The notes under the pieces: generated by a model
Seen by the model: the letters and a program-made list of their open reading frames with translations, nothing else
The model's database searches: none
Told to the model about the DNA's origin: nothing
Shown here: positions 1-12,503 of the stretch, in pieces
Numbering within the stretch: position 1 is the stretch's first letter
Layout: every line of letters starts with the position of its first letter
Source: Eledone cirrhosa
Taxonomy: Eukaryota
Length of the DNA stretch: 64,000 nucleotides
Reading direction: 5' to 3'
Assembly (NCBI GenBank): GCA_964016885.1
Contig: OZ024743.1
Coordinates: forward strand, 54,126,001 to 54,190,000
Program-made: the position numbers and the translations under genes

Positions 1-21
1 AAATGATTGTATCTCCCTCGT

Positions 22-148
<127 letters not shown>

Positions 149-407
149 CACAGATGCACATATGTGTGGGAGAATGAGAGAGAAAGGAAGTGAATGCGTG
201 TGCGTGCTCACCTTTAGCAGAGAATAAGCTATTGTTGTTAAATGAGCGTAGATTTATAGATATATAGATATGTATAAGCATTAAAGCAAGAAAATGGTTG
301 GATAAACACTCAGATAGATAGAGAGAAAGGCATACAAATAGATAAAGGGAGAGGTATGCAGGTAGATAGCTGGATAGATAGGTAAGTAGGTACATACATT
401 ATGCATG

Positions 408-469
408 CATACATACATACATACATACATACATACATACATACATACATACATACATACATACATACA

Positions 470-497
<28 letters not shown>
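408..497. repeat. (CATA)n microsatellite
   Basis: Pure tetranucleotide run. Confidence 0.95.
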
Positions 498-501
<4 letters not shown>

Positions 502-1099
502 GAAACATGTTCGGACGCGTGTGTGTATGCTACATTGTATATTTATTTATATTTGTGTGTATGTAAAAATTACATATATGTGAGATGTGTATGAGTGTAT
601 AGTGTGTGTAAACGTGACTAGCTAGCTTTCCTCCAATGACAAATGAGTTCCATTGACACATGACACTGTAGACATAATTATCGCCTGCCACTCACTTTGC
701 CTTAATAGTTCAGTTTACATCATTTCTACCGACGACAACACATTCAACCGTTAAATGGTTTGCCCCTTTATTCGCCGCTGACTGATGATAGGGGCCGCCA
801 ATAAAGTGTGGTCCCATTATGTTACGGTGCTCAGAACTCACACACGCACAGACAGACACACACTTACACTTACACACACACTCATACGCATTCACACAAA
901 CTTCACATACATACACATATATCTACATACTTCCTATCTCCTTTATGTATCATGTGTATGCTCTTGTCTGTGTATGCATGTGTTTCTATGACGAGAACAT
1001 CCACTATACCCCCCTCCCTACACACACACACGTGTGTATGAAAGTATCAATGCAGTGGGGGCACTATTGCACTAGTTTACACATCAATTCTTGTGGACA

Positions 1100-1390
1100 C
1101 AACATGGCCAAATGGTTAAGAAGTTCGCTTCGCTATCATTAGGTCCCATGTTTGAACCCACTGTCGTATCTTGGTCATTACCATAGCGTCAGGTTGACCC
1201 ATGCATTGTGAGGGAAATTGGGTAGACGTCCGTCGGTTAAACTGTACCTGCAATTCAAAGGGCCAAGCTTGTCACACATTATGTGGCGAGTTGATGGAAT
1301 GCTCAGTTATTACATGTTAATTTCATGAGTAAGATATTATATTGACCAAACAATAGAAACACTCATCGTCGAAACCGACGGAGGTTCATT
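1100..1390 (+). mobile_element. Diverged tRNA-derived SINE
   Basis: A-box-like TGGCCAAATGGTTAAG and decayed B-box (GTTTGAACCC). Related sequence occurs at ~18430-18760 and ~52880-53120. Confidence 0.5.
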
Positions 1391-1429
1391 CATTATTAAA
1401 GCTTATGTTGGTAGTTGATTCAGCGACTA

Positions 1430-1685
1430 AGTTTAGTCTAAAGTCTGTCTCAAGCCAGAAGGTTCGTCAGGCCGGTGCTTATCCTAGTTTCGTGCCGTGA
1501 AGCGACTGAGAGTACAAGACTCCACTCTGGACAGGACACCAGTCCATCCAAGGGTTAATCCCCCAGCTAATGCTAGTATTTATGTTCAGTTGTGTATAAT
1601 GGAGAGAAACTAAAATGAAGTGTTTTGTTCAAGAACACAACACATAGCCCAGTCCAACACCCTTACCACTAGGCTATGCGCCTCG
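1430..1685 (-). mobile_element. CORE-type tRNA-derived SINE (same family as 40245-40610)
   Basis: Reverse complement matches the 40245-40510 copy (gtcttgtactctcagtcgct, ataagcaccggcc, agacagactttagactta). Confidence 0.8.
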
Positions 1686-2169
1686 AAACATTAATAATAT
1701 GCAAGTGGAGCCCCCAATCCCCCGATAGTACGGTATAATGTCGGTTTATAATGTCATTAATTGCGGATTACTCTGTACTATTAAGAGTGTGCACAGTCTC
1801 TGAGTATGATGGCCAAATATACTAGAAACTTAAGTCAAGTTATTCACGCTTTTCAGTCTAAGGTATTTGTTCCCAGCCTGGGATCCATCAGCTTAGTTCA
1901 TAATTTTCTCTGAGAATAAGAATTTTTTTATTTTTTGATTGATATTCTCTGGGGTGAGGAGGTAACGGTAACGGGGAAATTCACTCAAGTATATATGATT
2001 CTTGGTAGCGAAATATTTAAGAGCCTCCTGACTAAGGCGAGGTATGAGGAGACCGTAGTTATTTAAAACTTTGCAGCGATATATCGGAATCGATATATCT
2101 ATGCAAAAATCGTTGGAGAATTAAGTTTTTCTCTCATGATCAAATGTATCCAGTAAGTTACTATATACA

Positions 2170-2455
2170 ATATCACGCGGTATCTCCGATACTATGGACA
2201 TGTGGTTAGAATGTTTGAGGAAAAAATCGCTGGATAGATTTTAGGGGCAAAATGAACCGGCAGGAGATCCAAGTGGCAAACCCCGAGCAAGATGGTTGAA
2301 TAACACCCATGAGCTTGGCTGGTCTCGCTTGGGGATCCAGCTGGATCACTGGGAGACGGTTGCTTCTGACAGGACCCACTGGAAGTAGTGGTTGAGGACT
2401 CTGCCTCCAATATGCTCTCAGGAATAAGTGGACGTAAAAGAAGACGACGATGATG
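2170..2455 (+). mobile_element. RTE-clade LINE 3' fragment
   Basis: GHVVRM-like coding remnant followed by a G(R/S)K..W-type segment. Shares sequence with the minus-strand fragment at 3310-3940. Confidence 0.6.
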
Positions 2456-2825
2456 CAGTACCCGACTGATTCAACATTTACACGTGGGACGCCTTTTGAA
2501 ATACCACTAAAATCTCCCTTAAACCCCTTCCTGACAATATTCTTTTATGGAATACACTCTATTTTTAATACTTAATGAAGAATTTTGAAAGATTAATTAA
2601 AATTATTAATTATTTCATTATTAAGATAATAACTTAACATGGTTTTTATATAAGATTATATTGGAAAATTTTAATTTAGAAATGAACCTGTAAACTGGTG
2701 GTGTTGTTTTATAAAACCATACCCGGTTTTGGCTGTGTTGATATTAAAAGTGTTAAACCACACACTACCGTCTTAAACAAAGGAAGGAACATATTTGCTC
2801 ACACAGACATTATTTGTAAAATAAG

Positions 2826-3016
2826 GGTGGTGGATTGGCAGTATCGGAAGAGCGTCAGACAAAATGCTTTGCATCATAGAGTTACGGCCCTTTACTTTCT
2901 GAGTTCAAATCCCGCCGAGATTAACTTTGCCTTTCATCCTTACGAGGTCGATAAAATAAAGTACCAGTAATGCACTGGGGTTCATTGCTGGCCATGTGCC
3001 AAAAGTAGAAACAATT
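2826..3016 (+). mobile_element. Nin-domain tRNA-derived SINE
   Basis: A-box TGGCAGTATCGG, B-box GAGTTCAAATCCC, Nin-like core GCCTTTCATCCTTACGAGGTCGATAAAATAAAGTACC. More than 10 copies in the window. Confidence 0.85.
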
Positions 3017-3309
3017 TGCAAAATGAAAGTTAGATGGTAATGACTGGAATATTTATGATCTCGTCTATTTGGTCACGGATTATTGGGTGTTAATCAACAA
3101 CAACAACGCAGACATAAGTATTAAAATATTGAAGTACAATAAGAACAAATGTTATAAAAGGTGTATGTTCCAGCATGACCAGACACGGTTACAAATTCTT
3201 TTTTTTTTTGTTTCCTTTTTTCTTTTTTCTTTATTCTTTTTCTATTTTTCTTTTCCCTTTTTCTTTCTTTTTTCTTTTTTCTTTTTTCTTTTTTCTTTTT
3301 TCTTTTTTC

Positions 3310-3940
3310 TTCCTGAGAGAGTCCTGTCAGAAGCAACCATCTTCGGCTGGATCCCCAAGCAAACCAGACAAGCTCATGGATGTTATCCAACCATATTGCT
3401 CGGTGTCTACCCCTGTGTCTCCTGGCGATTAGTTTTGCCCGTAAAATATGTCCAGTGATTATTTCCTGAGACATTCTTACCACATGCCCATAGAATCAGA
3501 GATCTGATCTCTCAATCCAGAGAAGTAGTGGCTCTACCTGGAGTGACCTTCAAGCTACGCACTCTATCGAGTAATGTCGCTCCAAAGTCCCTTCGGAGGA
3601 ACCCCAGTTGGGCTGTTTATATTCGCGATCGTATTCTTTCGGTCATTACCCAAGATTCATGACAATAGTTGGCACGAATCCTGAATTGAAGACAGCAAGT
3701 TTGACTTTTACACCTACCTCCCTGCATCTGATTACCGAATGCTGAAGCTGGCGTATTACTGTACCAGCACCTGCAATTCCTGTACTTAATTCAGCCTCCT
3801 GCCTTCCATCACTCGGGAACATGGCCCCGAACTATTTGAACTTCTCCAACTGCTTCAGTGGAACTTCATTCACATGTAGAGTGCACTGCACAGGCTTCCT
3901 TGAGGAGACGAGTGTCTCTGTTTTGGCAAGGTGCGGTTAC
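3310..3940 (-). mobile_element. Decayed RTE-clade LINE fragment
   Basis: Minus strand gives the RT thumb-region remnants LKQLEKFK, ES(W)VMTERIRS and GHVVRM. Ends in an A-rich tail (T-rich run 3198-3310). Confidence 0.65.
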
Positions 3941-4476
3941 AACTTCACCCTCTAAATATATGAAATGAAAATGAGAACCCTTCTACCTAGTCATTCAACC
4001 TTCTATAAATGGCAACGAAATCTCCATCAAATCACAGTCCTGCTGCCTTAAAATAGATAACACGTTCGGCGTAGAAAAGAAAGCGCCTGAATATTTCATA
4101 AAAGTTTTACGATAGATTTTTAAGAACTTTAATACCAACGCACCTGAAACTGTCCTTGCTCTATTATAATTTCATGTAAGAATCATTAAGTTATACTCCA
4201 AATACTAGGCAAATGAGAAATTTAATTGTATTATGAAATCCATTAAAATTCTTGATTATTTTGAAAATTAATTGAAAATCATCAGCAGTGGATTTGATTA
4301 GAAAGAAAATAACGAAAGGTTTAAGTGTTTTAAAACCCAAAGCCTTCCATAATGAATTTATGTAAGAACCTTCATCAGTTATATTCCAAACGCCAACTTA
4401 GTAATGAAAAAGGTAAAAACAAAGTAAAGATTACCAGGTAACTTTTACTTTTGTTACCTCACCTTACAGTTCATTT

Positions 4477-4546
4477 TGCATTGTTTAGTAGCCTTATATC
4501 TCTTTCAACGTTATATATGATATACAATGCTTCAAGGAAACTATTT

Positions 4547-4584
<38 letters not shown>

Positions 4585-4655
4585 AAATAGTTTTCTTGAA
4601 GCATTGTATATCATATATAACGTTGAAAGAGATATAAGGCTACTAAACAATGCAA
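4477..4655. repeat. Inverted repeat (~75-bp arms) around a (TA)n spacer
   Basis: 4477-4549 is the reverse complement of 4581-4655. Confidence 0.9.
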
Positions 4656-4666
4656 TATATATATAT

Positions 4667-5182
4667 AGCGAAGGAAGTGGGGTAAGGAACCAGATGGACC
4701 ATAACGCACCAGAGTACTCAATGCTTTGGATAGTAGAGTGGGTAATAGGAAAATGTTTAACCCCGACGGCAGAGCTCAAACCGTTTCGACGGCTATTTCT
4801 GGACTAAATTATAATTTTTAGCGTGCTAATAAAATAGCCGAACTTTTCAAGAGGTAATTCCTTATATGGGAAGATTGCAGTTGTCAAAAGGATTGGTCAA
4901 AATTTCTTGTAAACACAATTACACACTCCTTAGAATTTGCTGTATAGAATTCACTTTCAATGCTTGACCGGCTCCACCCACTCCCTCATTGTTTTACAGG
5001 CAATTTCAGCCACCCCCACCTCCTACCCACCACCATTAAAGACTTAATTGTGTTTACAAGAAATGTTGACCAATCCTTTTGACAACTACAATCTTCCCAT
5101 ATAAGGAATTACCCCGTGAAAAGTTCTAATTTAGTCCAGAAATAGCCGTCGAAACGGTTTGAGCTCTGCCGTCGGGGTTAAA
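4667..5182. mobile_element. Fold-back Penelope-like pLTR cassette between (TA)n tracts
   Basis: Arms ~4757-4922 and ~5045-5182 are inverted and carry HHR motifs. The same family recurs at 45305-45500. Confidence 0.75.
4760..4855 (-). ncRNA. Type I hammerhead ribozyme, U3:A8 core variant, long stem II
   Basis: ACCUC-UUGAAAA-GUU CGGCUAUUUU..(31 nt)..GAAAUAGCCG UC-GAAAC GGU..GCC-GUC-GGGGU. Confidence 0.7.
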
Positions 5183-5199
5183 TATATATATATGTATGT

Positions 5200-6205
5200 A
5201 TGTAGATAAATCTACCAAAAATTTACGGTAGTTTCCAATCCGTATGAAGAACTCAATGTAATCCGGATATCATGAAAAGAGAAGATGCATTCAAAAACTA
5301 TTTTCGGTGAAACTTAACGGAAAACAGAGTCAAGATAAATTAATAAAATAATGAATAAACAAAGAAACAGTTCCTTATATTAAAAAAAATTCATCATTTT
5401 ACGATCGTTTCTAGGATATATATGTGTTAGAGTTGGTATGCATATTGTACAATATTTATACAAACTATCAGAGGGAATATACATACCTACACATATATAT
5501 GTTGTCTTCAGAAATAATGATATTTTTTTATTGAAAAAAACAAAGATTCAATACAATAGGTCTGTTTGGGAACAGGTTTTGAATTGACCAATAGAGAGAT
5601 AGTGAGGGTCAAGATAGTAATATAGTAGTAGAAGAACCTTAAATTATGGGTAGAGGAAGGTAGATTTCAGTTTTGGATGGAAAAGAATATTATGAATGAA
5701 AGATTATTTTAGGGATGAAAATAGGTCTTATGTTGACCTCAGAAATAATTATATTTGTTCATTGAATAAAACCAACAAAGATCTAATATATTCTGTCTGG
5801 TAAGAGGTTTAGAATTAACCAATAGAAAGTTAATAATTGGCCAAATGGTAAAATAGTAGTAATTGAAGCTTATTTTAGGAATAAGGCAGATTTCAGTTTT
5901 GAATAGAGTGTGAAGAATAAGAAAGTTATTTTAGGGGTGAAAATAGGTCAGGTGGTCAGTAAAAAGTATATGAGCAGTTGCTGTTATAAACCAGTAATGC
6001 CAATGCAAACATCTAAGGAGACTAACATTTTATGATAAGAGTGTTAGTGAAAAAAATACATCTATGAAAAGAATATAAATTAATTTAATTGATGGGTATA
6101 TTTATATTGATAAAATTATACTAATGCATATAGATATGATAAATACGAGTTAGATGCAGTTGAAGAGTGGTGTTAAAGATGAGGGGAAATTAAAAGAATA
6201 TACAA
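5200..6205 (-). mobile_element. Penelope-like 3' UTR/pLTR fragment with internal ~230-bp degenerate direct repeat
   Basis: Contains an HHR, 5500-5730 resembles 5731-5950, and it is bounded by TA-rich microsatellites. Confidence 0.6.
5391..5520 (-). ncRNA. Type I hammerhead ribozyme with ~61-nt stem II insert
   Basis: UCAUUAUUU-CUGAAGA-CAAC AUAUAUAUGUGU...ACACAUAUAUAU CCUA-GAAAC GAUC GUA-AAAUGAUGA. Stem I is 9 bp and stem III is palindromic, but the base of stem II is mismatched. Confidence 0.75.
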
Positions 6206-6497
<292 letters not shown>

Positions 6498-6843
6498 ATT
6501 TTTTTTTTGGGGGGGGAATTAAATTTATTAGTGAGAAATAATAAATATATAGAGATTTCAAGGAACATAGAGTCATAACCTGAAGTTAAGGCATTATATA
6601 TGTTTACTTAATGGTATCAGTTTTAGGAAATGATAGTTGTAAGAAGGAAAGTAAAATTATGTGGTTCATCAGTAGTAGAATATTAATTATAGGTTAACTA
6701 AATTAAAAACAGTTTATATATTAATTTCTAAAGTGTATATTAATTAGGTTTATAATATTTAAAGGTTTTTCTCAGTTTATGATTACACGATATTATTAAT
6801 TATATATGTATGTATATTTATATATGTATGTATATATATATAT

Positions 6844-7753
6844 CTTAGTCTTAGATTCTTCCACGCCGTTCAGCACATCGAGCAGTAAGTACTCGCCAAC
6901 GGTCACGATCAGCGGCAACCTTTTCGAGACCGTGCCAGGTGATGTTGGCTGCCATCAGGTCCTTCCCGAACGTCCGTCGCCAGGTGATCCTTGGGCAACC
7001 CCGCCCCCGTTTACCGCCAGGCGGAGTCCAGTTCATCGCTGTTTTCGAATGCCGTTCATTTGGCAGACGCAGAATATGGCCAGCCAGACGGCACCGACGC
7101 TCCGTGACCACTCTCTGTAGCGTCCACGACTCGGCTCTCCACAGGATCTCCTCGTTTCGCACTCGGTCGCGCCAGGACACACGAAGGATCTTTCGCAGGC
7201 ACCGCTGGTGGAAAGCGTTCAGCCGTCTCTCTATTTTTGCCGTATTCTTCCAGGTCTCGCTCGCATAAAGCACTGTCGGCAGCACGATGCTCTTGTACAG
7301 GCGGAGCTTGGTCTTGGTGCTAATGCATGAAGACGACCAGACTGGGCACAGCCGCTGGAAAACTGCGGCTCCTTTGCCGATCCGACAGTTGATGTCGAGC
7401 TCCGCGTCGCCGCTGCTTGTCAGGATGCTACCTAGATAGGTGAAGTGATCGACTTCCTCGAGGTCCTGTTGGTTGACTCTGATCACTGGACCTGTGTTGC
7501 TGGCCGTTCTCATGACCTTGTTCTTTTTGGTGTTGATTCTCAGGCCGATCTTTTCCGCACTCTCTTGTAGGGATGTTGTTAGGGCCTGCAGATCTGCACT
7601 GTTTTCAGCGATCAAAGCGATGTCGGCGAATGCCAGGTCCCTCAGCCTCGACTGCCCTCTCCATAGGATTCCTCGACCGGGTCCTTCATCCATTCGCCTT
7701 AGTACGAGTCAGACAGGGTTGCATTCTCTCTCCACTGTTGTTCCTACTGGCAG

Positions 7754-7756
<3 letters not shown>
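6844..7756 (-). mobile_element. 5'-truncated RTE-clade LINE with 5' inversion, inserted in (TA)n
   Basis: ORF 6851-7693 has LAFAD(D)IAL, FTYLGS, LYASETW, LAGHILR and GKRGRG..TW. 7694-7756 encodes VRQGCILSPLLF on the opposite strand. Confidence 0.92.
6851..7693 (-). pseudogene. RTE reverse transcriptase C-terminal half (YADD reduced to FAD)
   Basis: ORF-track translation shows typical RTE motifs. Confidence 0.85.
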
Positions 7757-7815
<59 letters not shown>

Positions 7816-7835
7816 TTTATATTATATATAGATTT

Positions 7836-8630
7836 ATAAACTCAAAATAGTCTTTTACAATTAAATAGCTCAAAGAAAGGAATATTTCCGAGCCGTGTAC
7901 TACAAATGAATATATGACAGGGATGAACACTGATACAAGTATACATGTGTTCGCATTGCAAATGACCAAGTTAGCTAGGTTGAAAAATACTAATTAAAAT
8001 AATACGGTTTGCCTGTCTCGATTTAAAATAATAAATCAATAAAAATAACAAACCTATATTGGCAATGGCCGTGATACCCGGACACATTTTAAATTTGTTT
8101 CGCAACAATTAAGTGAAAGTTACTATTCCTGTGCTCTTCTGCGGGTGTCCAGAAATTGGTACCTTTCACTTCAAAATACTTAAGAAGTCTGAGGGAAATG
8201 TGTTGTTGAACGCACATGTGTCACAGCGCCTAAATCGAGACAGGAAAACCGTATTATTTTAATTAGTATTTTTCAATCTAGCTAACTTGGTCATTTGCAA
8301 TGCGAACACATGTATACTTGTATCAGTGTTCATCCCTCTCATATATTCATTTGTATTACACGGCTCGGAAATATTCCTTTCTTTGAGCTATTTAATTGTA
8401 AAAGACTATTTTGAGTTTATAACTCAATATATAATATTCTCGGCTCCATACGTAGAGCTAATTTTTAGTCTCATAAAACCGGCTGCTATTTTTAGCGGCA
8501 CGAGTATGAGACGGGTTAGGCACTGTGACATATGTGCGTTCAACAACACATATCTCTCAGTCTTCTTAAGTATTTTGAAGTGAAAGGTACCAATTTCTGG
8601 ATACCTGCAGAAGAGCACAGGAATAGTAGC
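7836..8630. repeat. Interleaved double inverted duplication between (TA)n tracts
   Basis: 7836-8030 is inverted at 8232-8422, and 8121-8233 is inverted at 8517-8628. Confidence 0.85.
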
Positions 8631-8703
8631 ATATATTTATATATATACAGTATATGTATATATATATTTATAAGATCAAAAGATGGTTAAAAGAGTTCCA
8701 TTT

Positions 8704-8772
8704 ATTTTATTATGCGCATTTCAAAAACAAATATCATCATGCGATGACATTTGCGTTTTCGTCAGATAAAAT
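8704..8772 (-). ncRNA. Type I hammerhead ribozyme (inverted copy)
   Basis: Reverse complement of 8885-8953. Confidence 0.85.
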
Positions 8773-8884
8773 AGGGAGACATGATATGAAGGTTAAAAAA
8801 CACTTGTGAATAGTGCAGTTATAAATCAACATATAAAACTGCACTATTCACAAGTGTTTTTTAACCTTCATATCATGTCTCCCT

Positions 8885-8953
8885 ATTTTATCTGACGAAA
8901 ACGCAAATGTCATCGCATGATGATATTTGTTTTTGAAATGCGCATAATAAAAT
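8885..8953 (+). ncRNA. Type I hammerhead ribozyme
   Basis: AUUUUAU-CUGACGA-AAACGCAAAUGUCAUC GCAU GAUGAUAUUUGUUUUU-GAAA UGCGCA UA-AUAAAAU. All three stems form and stem III is palindromic. Confidence 0.88.
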
Positions 8954-9077
8954 GCATGGAACTCTTTTAACCATCTTTTGATCTTATATATTATTTATAC
9001 TCCAGTCCTACAAACTGTAGAGTGCTACTTATCCGATATCTGCATTGCTTTATTGTACTACAATAAAACTCACCTCC

Positions 9078-9169
<92 letters not shown>

Positions 9170-9176
<7 letters not shown>

Positions 9177-9645
9177 AAGAATTTGCAAATATATATTATT
9201 AAATCTTTGCAAATTCTTTACTATTTCTCGAAATTATTTTAAAATCAAGTCTTCCATAGAAATATGGCAACAAATCGTTTACGAGTGTATATTTACTTAA
9301 AAGCATTCAGTTATAATTTTATGTAAGAATCTTACCTTTAAGTGAAGTTCCAGACACTAGCTTAATGAAAAGGTTAGATGACTAAATACATACAATTTCG
9401 TTATTACTTTCAAAAATATTTGAAAATTACAGGATGTATCTCTCATCAGAAAGATGGTAAGGAAATGGTTAACTGTTTATATTTAAAAATCTTGTCATAA
9501 TATTATACAAGAACCTTCGAGTTATGTTCCACGCACCAGGTAAATAATGAGAAAGTTAGTTATATTACTAAATTCTTCTAAATTCATTACTATTTTCAAT
9601 ATTATTTGAAGACCATAGGCTGTCTTTCATTAGAAATATGGCTTA
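9170..9645. mobile_element. Decayed tandem MITE-like repeat (possible piggyBac-type ends)
   Basis: Repeated units end in AGAAA(G/T)ATGG(T/C)AA..G(G)TTAA. Related sequence lies at 2519-2690 (ttaaacccctt) and 4130-4420 (aacgaaaggtttaa). Confidence 0.4.
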
Positions 9646-10215
9646 ATGCTCCACTCTGTTGTAAATAATCTATCGTTCCTCTGAATAAGCTTGTTAAAGA
9701 TATTTTAATACACGAAATAAATATATTCAATACCAGTGAACACTTCAAACGCAGAATTTAAACACCTTAAGAGCAAAATAACCAATAACAATCTATAACA
9801 TTTCAACACCACTTGTAAAGCAGAGATCAAACTTCATGTATCTTCACAACCTGTAGGTTAAGAGTTCAAACTTGCCAACACGTTCGCCTATCTAATTTGT
9901 TGGTTAATTCCGTAAGGAATTTGGCAGACGTCCAACGTGGTATTCAGCTACATCTATTAGGAATAACTGTCATATGGCATCACATTTCTCTACACACGAA
10001 CATGTACGTACAAAGTTATACACACACGCTCTCACATTTGTACAGACACTCATACGCACGCAGCGATGCACATACATATTTTTATACCAATACACAAACT
10101 CACACACACGTATATATGTGTGTGTGTATATAATATATATATACCTATATATATGTGTATGAAAGAGAGAGAGAAAGGGGGTTGATATGGATGGAGAGAT
10201 GCAAAAGGATAAGGA

Positions 10216-10300
<85 letters not shown>

Positions 10301-10673
10301 ATGTTTTATACACACTACAGTATATAGCATATAATATAGCATTGAAACAATAAACACTGTTAAATGCACCAATGATTCATTAATCGAATTATTCGCCATG
10401 AACACGTTATCTGTATATAAATCGGACTCTCCAAGTTAATATAAGACTTGGCAATAGTGAGGGTTTAAGAAATGCCTTCATGGACAATTAAAGAGGGTTC
10501 TTAGCTACAGATGAAACCCAAACACTAGGACTGAAACATTTCTAATGATACTTTATTTTCTGACCACGAAGATATTAAGGAATTGTATACACGGTGTTTA
10601 CATTCAGCTATTGTATAGGTTAAACATCTAGAGGTATATTCTGTAGTGCAGTATTGCAATCTATCTATCTATC

Positions 10674-11897
10674 CACCTCGCCAAGATGGAACGCATGCTC
10701 TTCCAGTTTCTGTGGAAGAAGCAGGCTCCGATGGTGAGGAGATCCGTCTGCTGTCAGCACCCTTCCAACGGAGGGCTGGGAATGCCGTGGCTGTTGATAC
10801 GCAAACATGCGCTGAGGCTGCGGCATCTCCAGGTATTCCTCACCGACCCCCTACCAGTGTGGGCACCGTTTGTGAGACAGGCTTTCCCGCAGCTCGTCTC
10901 GCTGGCGGAGCTGCAGTCCTGGGTCAAGAAAAGACCGAAAACGAGAGCGCTTGGCACATTGAATGCGCTCAGGCGCTCACAGTCCTCTGGCAAGCGGACA
11001 CAGGAATCAGTGGAGACTCCACTTCGACATTCTATAGAGGGATTGTACGTTACAAGGGCGACGACGTGGTCGGAGAGACTCTGGGCGTCGAAGACGAGGA
11101 GCTCACCAGTCAGTTTGGTAGGACTTTCCACACGGGACCTATGGACAACTTCCAGAGGTCCCTGGCCTGGCAGTGCTACCGAGGAGCTCTACCGGTTCGT
11201 GACAAGATCTACAGGCACGGACGCCCCGGTAGGGATCCTTCCAAGAGGACGTGTCCAAGATGCGCGCATGACATTGAAACAGTCCTGCACGCAATTGTAC
11301 ACTGCCCGGGCGTAACCGACCTGTGGAACTATGCAGAACAACTGCTGTCGCGTATGGGACAAATCCAGTTGACTGCCGAGTCCATAGTAAGGATCAAACC
11401 GCCAGCCTCTTTCAAAAACGAAAGAGAGACGGTTTTCCTCTGTATAGTGGCTATGGTGAAAGGGGTTATATGGTGGACGAGATTGAGAGGACTGAGGACA
11501 GATGCCTATCTCTCCGGACAACAATTGATTCCCTTCTTTAAGTATCACTTTAGAAGGAGAATCAGAGTGGAGAAAGAGGCACTGCACCCCAGTAAATTTA
11601 CTGAAAGGTGGGTGAATGTGGCTAAATTGGCCGAGTGATTGGGCCTTCTCTTTTTATAAGCCTGTATGTTAAAGAAGAGAGCAAAATGAAGAAAGGAGCA
11701 CTAGCACAACACGCTCCTGCAGTTGAGTGTTGTTCTATCGAAGGGGTATTAAACAACCCATTTGTGGGGCTTCCCCCCTATTGGGGATTTCGATTGTTAT
11801 AATTGTTTGTTTTATATTTTTTACACGACTGTATGTAAAATCCCCGGCATGTCTTTGTATTGTCCCCTTTTCTTGTGCGCCCTTGTGGTAAATAAAG
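10674..11897 (+). mobile_element. 5'-truncated L1/Tx1-clade LINE (3' 1.2 kb of the family at 11980-17707)
   Basis: Highly similar to 16488-17707, with C-terminal zinc motif CPRC..ETVLHAIVHC. Ends in AATAAAG and is flanked by (TATC)n on both sides. Confidence 0.95.
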
Positions 11898-11913
11898 ATA
11901 TCTATCTACCTAC

Positions 11914-11979
<66 letters not shown>

Positions 11980-12503
11980 GACGCGTGGAACATCGCCGGT
12001 AAGCTTTTTTGTTAATTTCTATGCAAAAAACCGAACTAATTGTTTGAAAAAACATAACACTTTGTAGATTAACCCCCAAGCTGAATCGTCAGCTGGGTGG
12101 TAATCCCATTTTTCGCCCCTGTAGGGGCGAACATTCTATTTTAAAAATTTGTTTTAAAATATCAGATTTTACAAACTAAATAACTTGAGCAACACAAGAA
12201 CGCCGGAGAACGTTAATAGAGAAAAGAGAGAGAAAGAGGCAGATATTAACGTTATATCTGCTTCTGCTACTATGGACGATATTAACACTTGAACATTTTT
12301 TAGTTTGTACCGTCGAAGCGGAGAAAAATAACAATAACACACAGGAAAACACAGGAATTAAACTCATTAACATACATACACATGAAAAAGACATCAACAA
12401 CTCTACAGATACATCTACACATAAAGTTTCACCCCGACAAGGAACTCAGATTTCCAACAACGATAACAACAACATCAACAGCAACACCACACAAAAAAAG
12501 AAA

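Larger units (their letters stand above)
8668..8992. mobile_element. Near-perfect fold-back HHR cassette (Penelope pLTR-like)
   Basis: 8668-8820 is the reverse complement of 8838-8992, flanked by TA-rich tracts. Confidence 0.85.

Noticed and set aside
2826-3016. tRNA genes at A-box/B-box sites
   Set aside because: These are SINE heads with no cloverleaf, followed by Nin or CORE domains.
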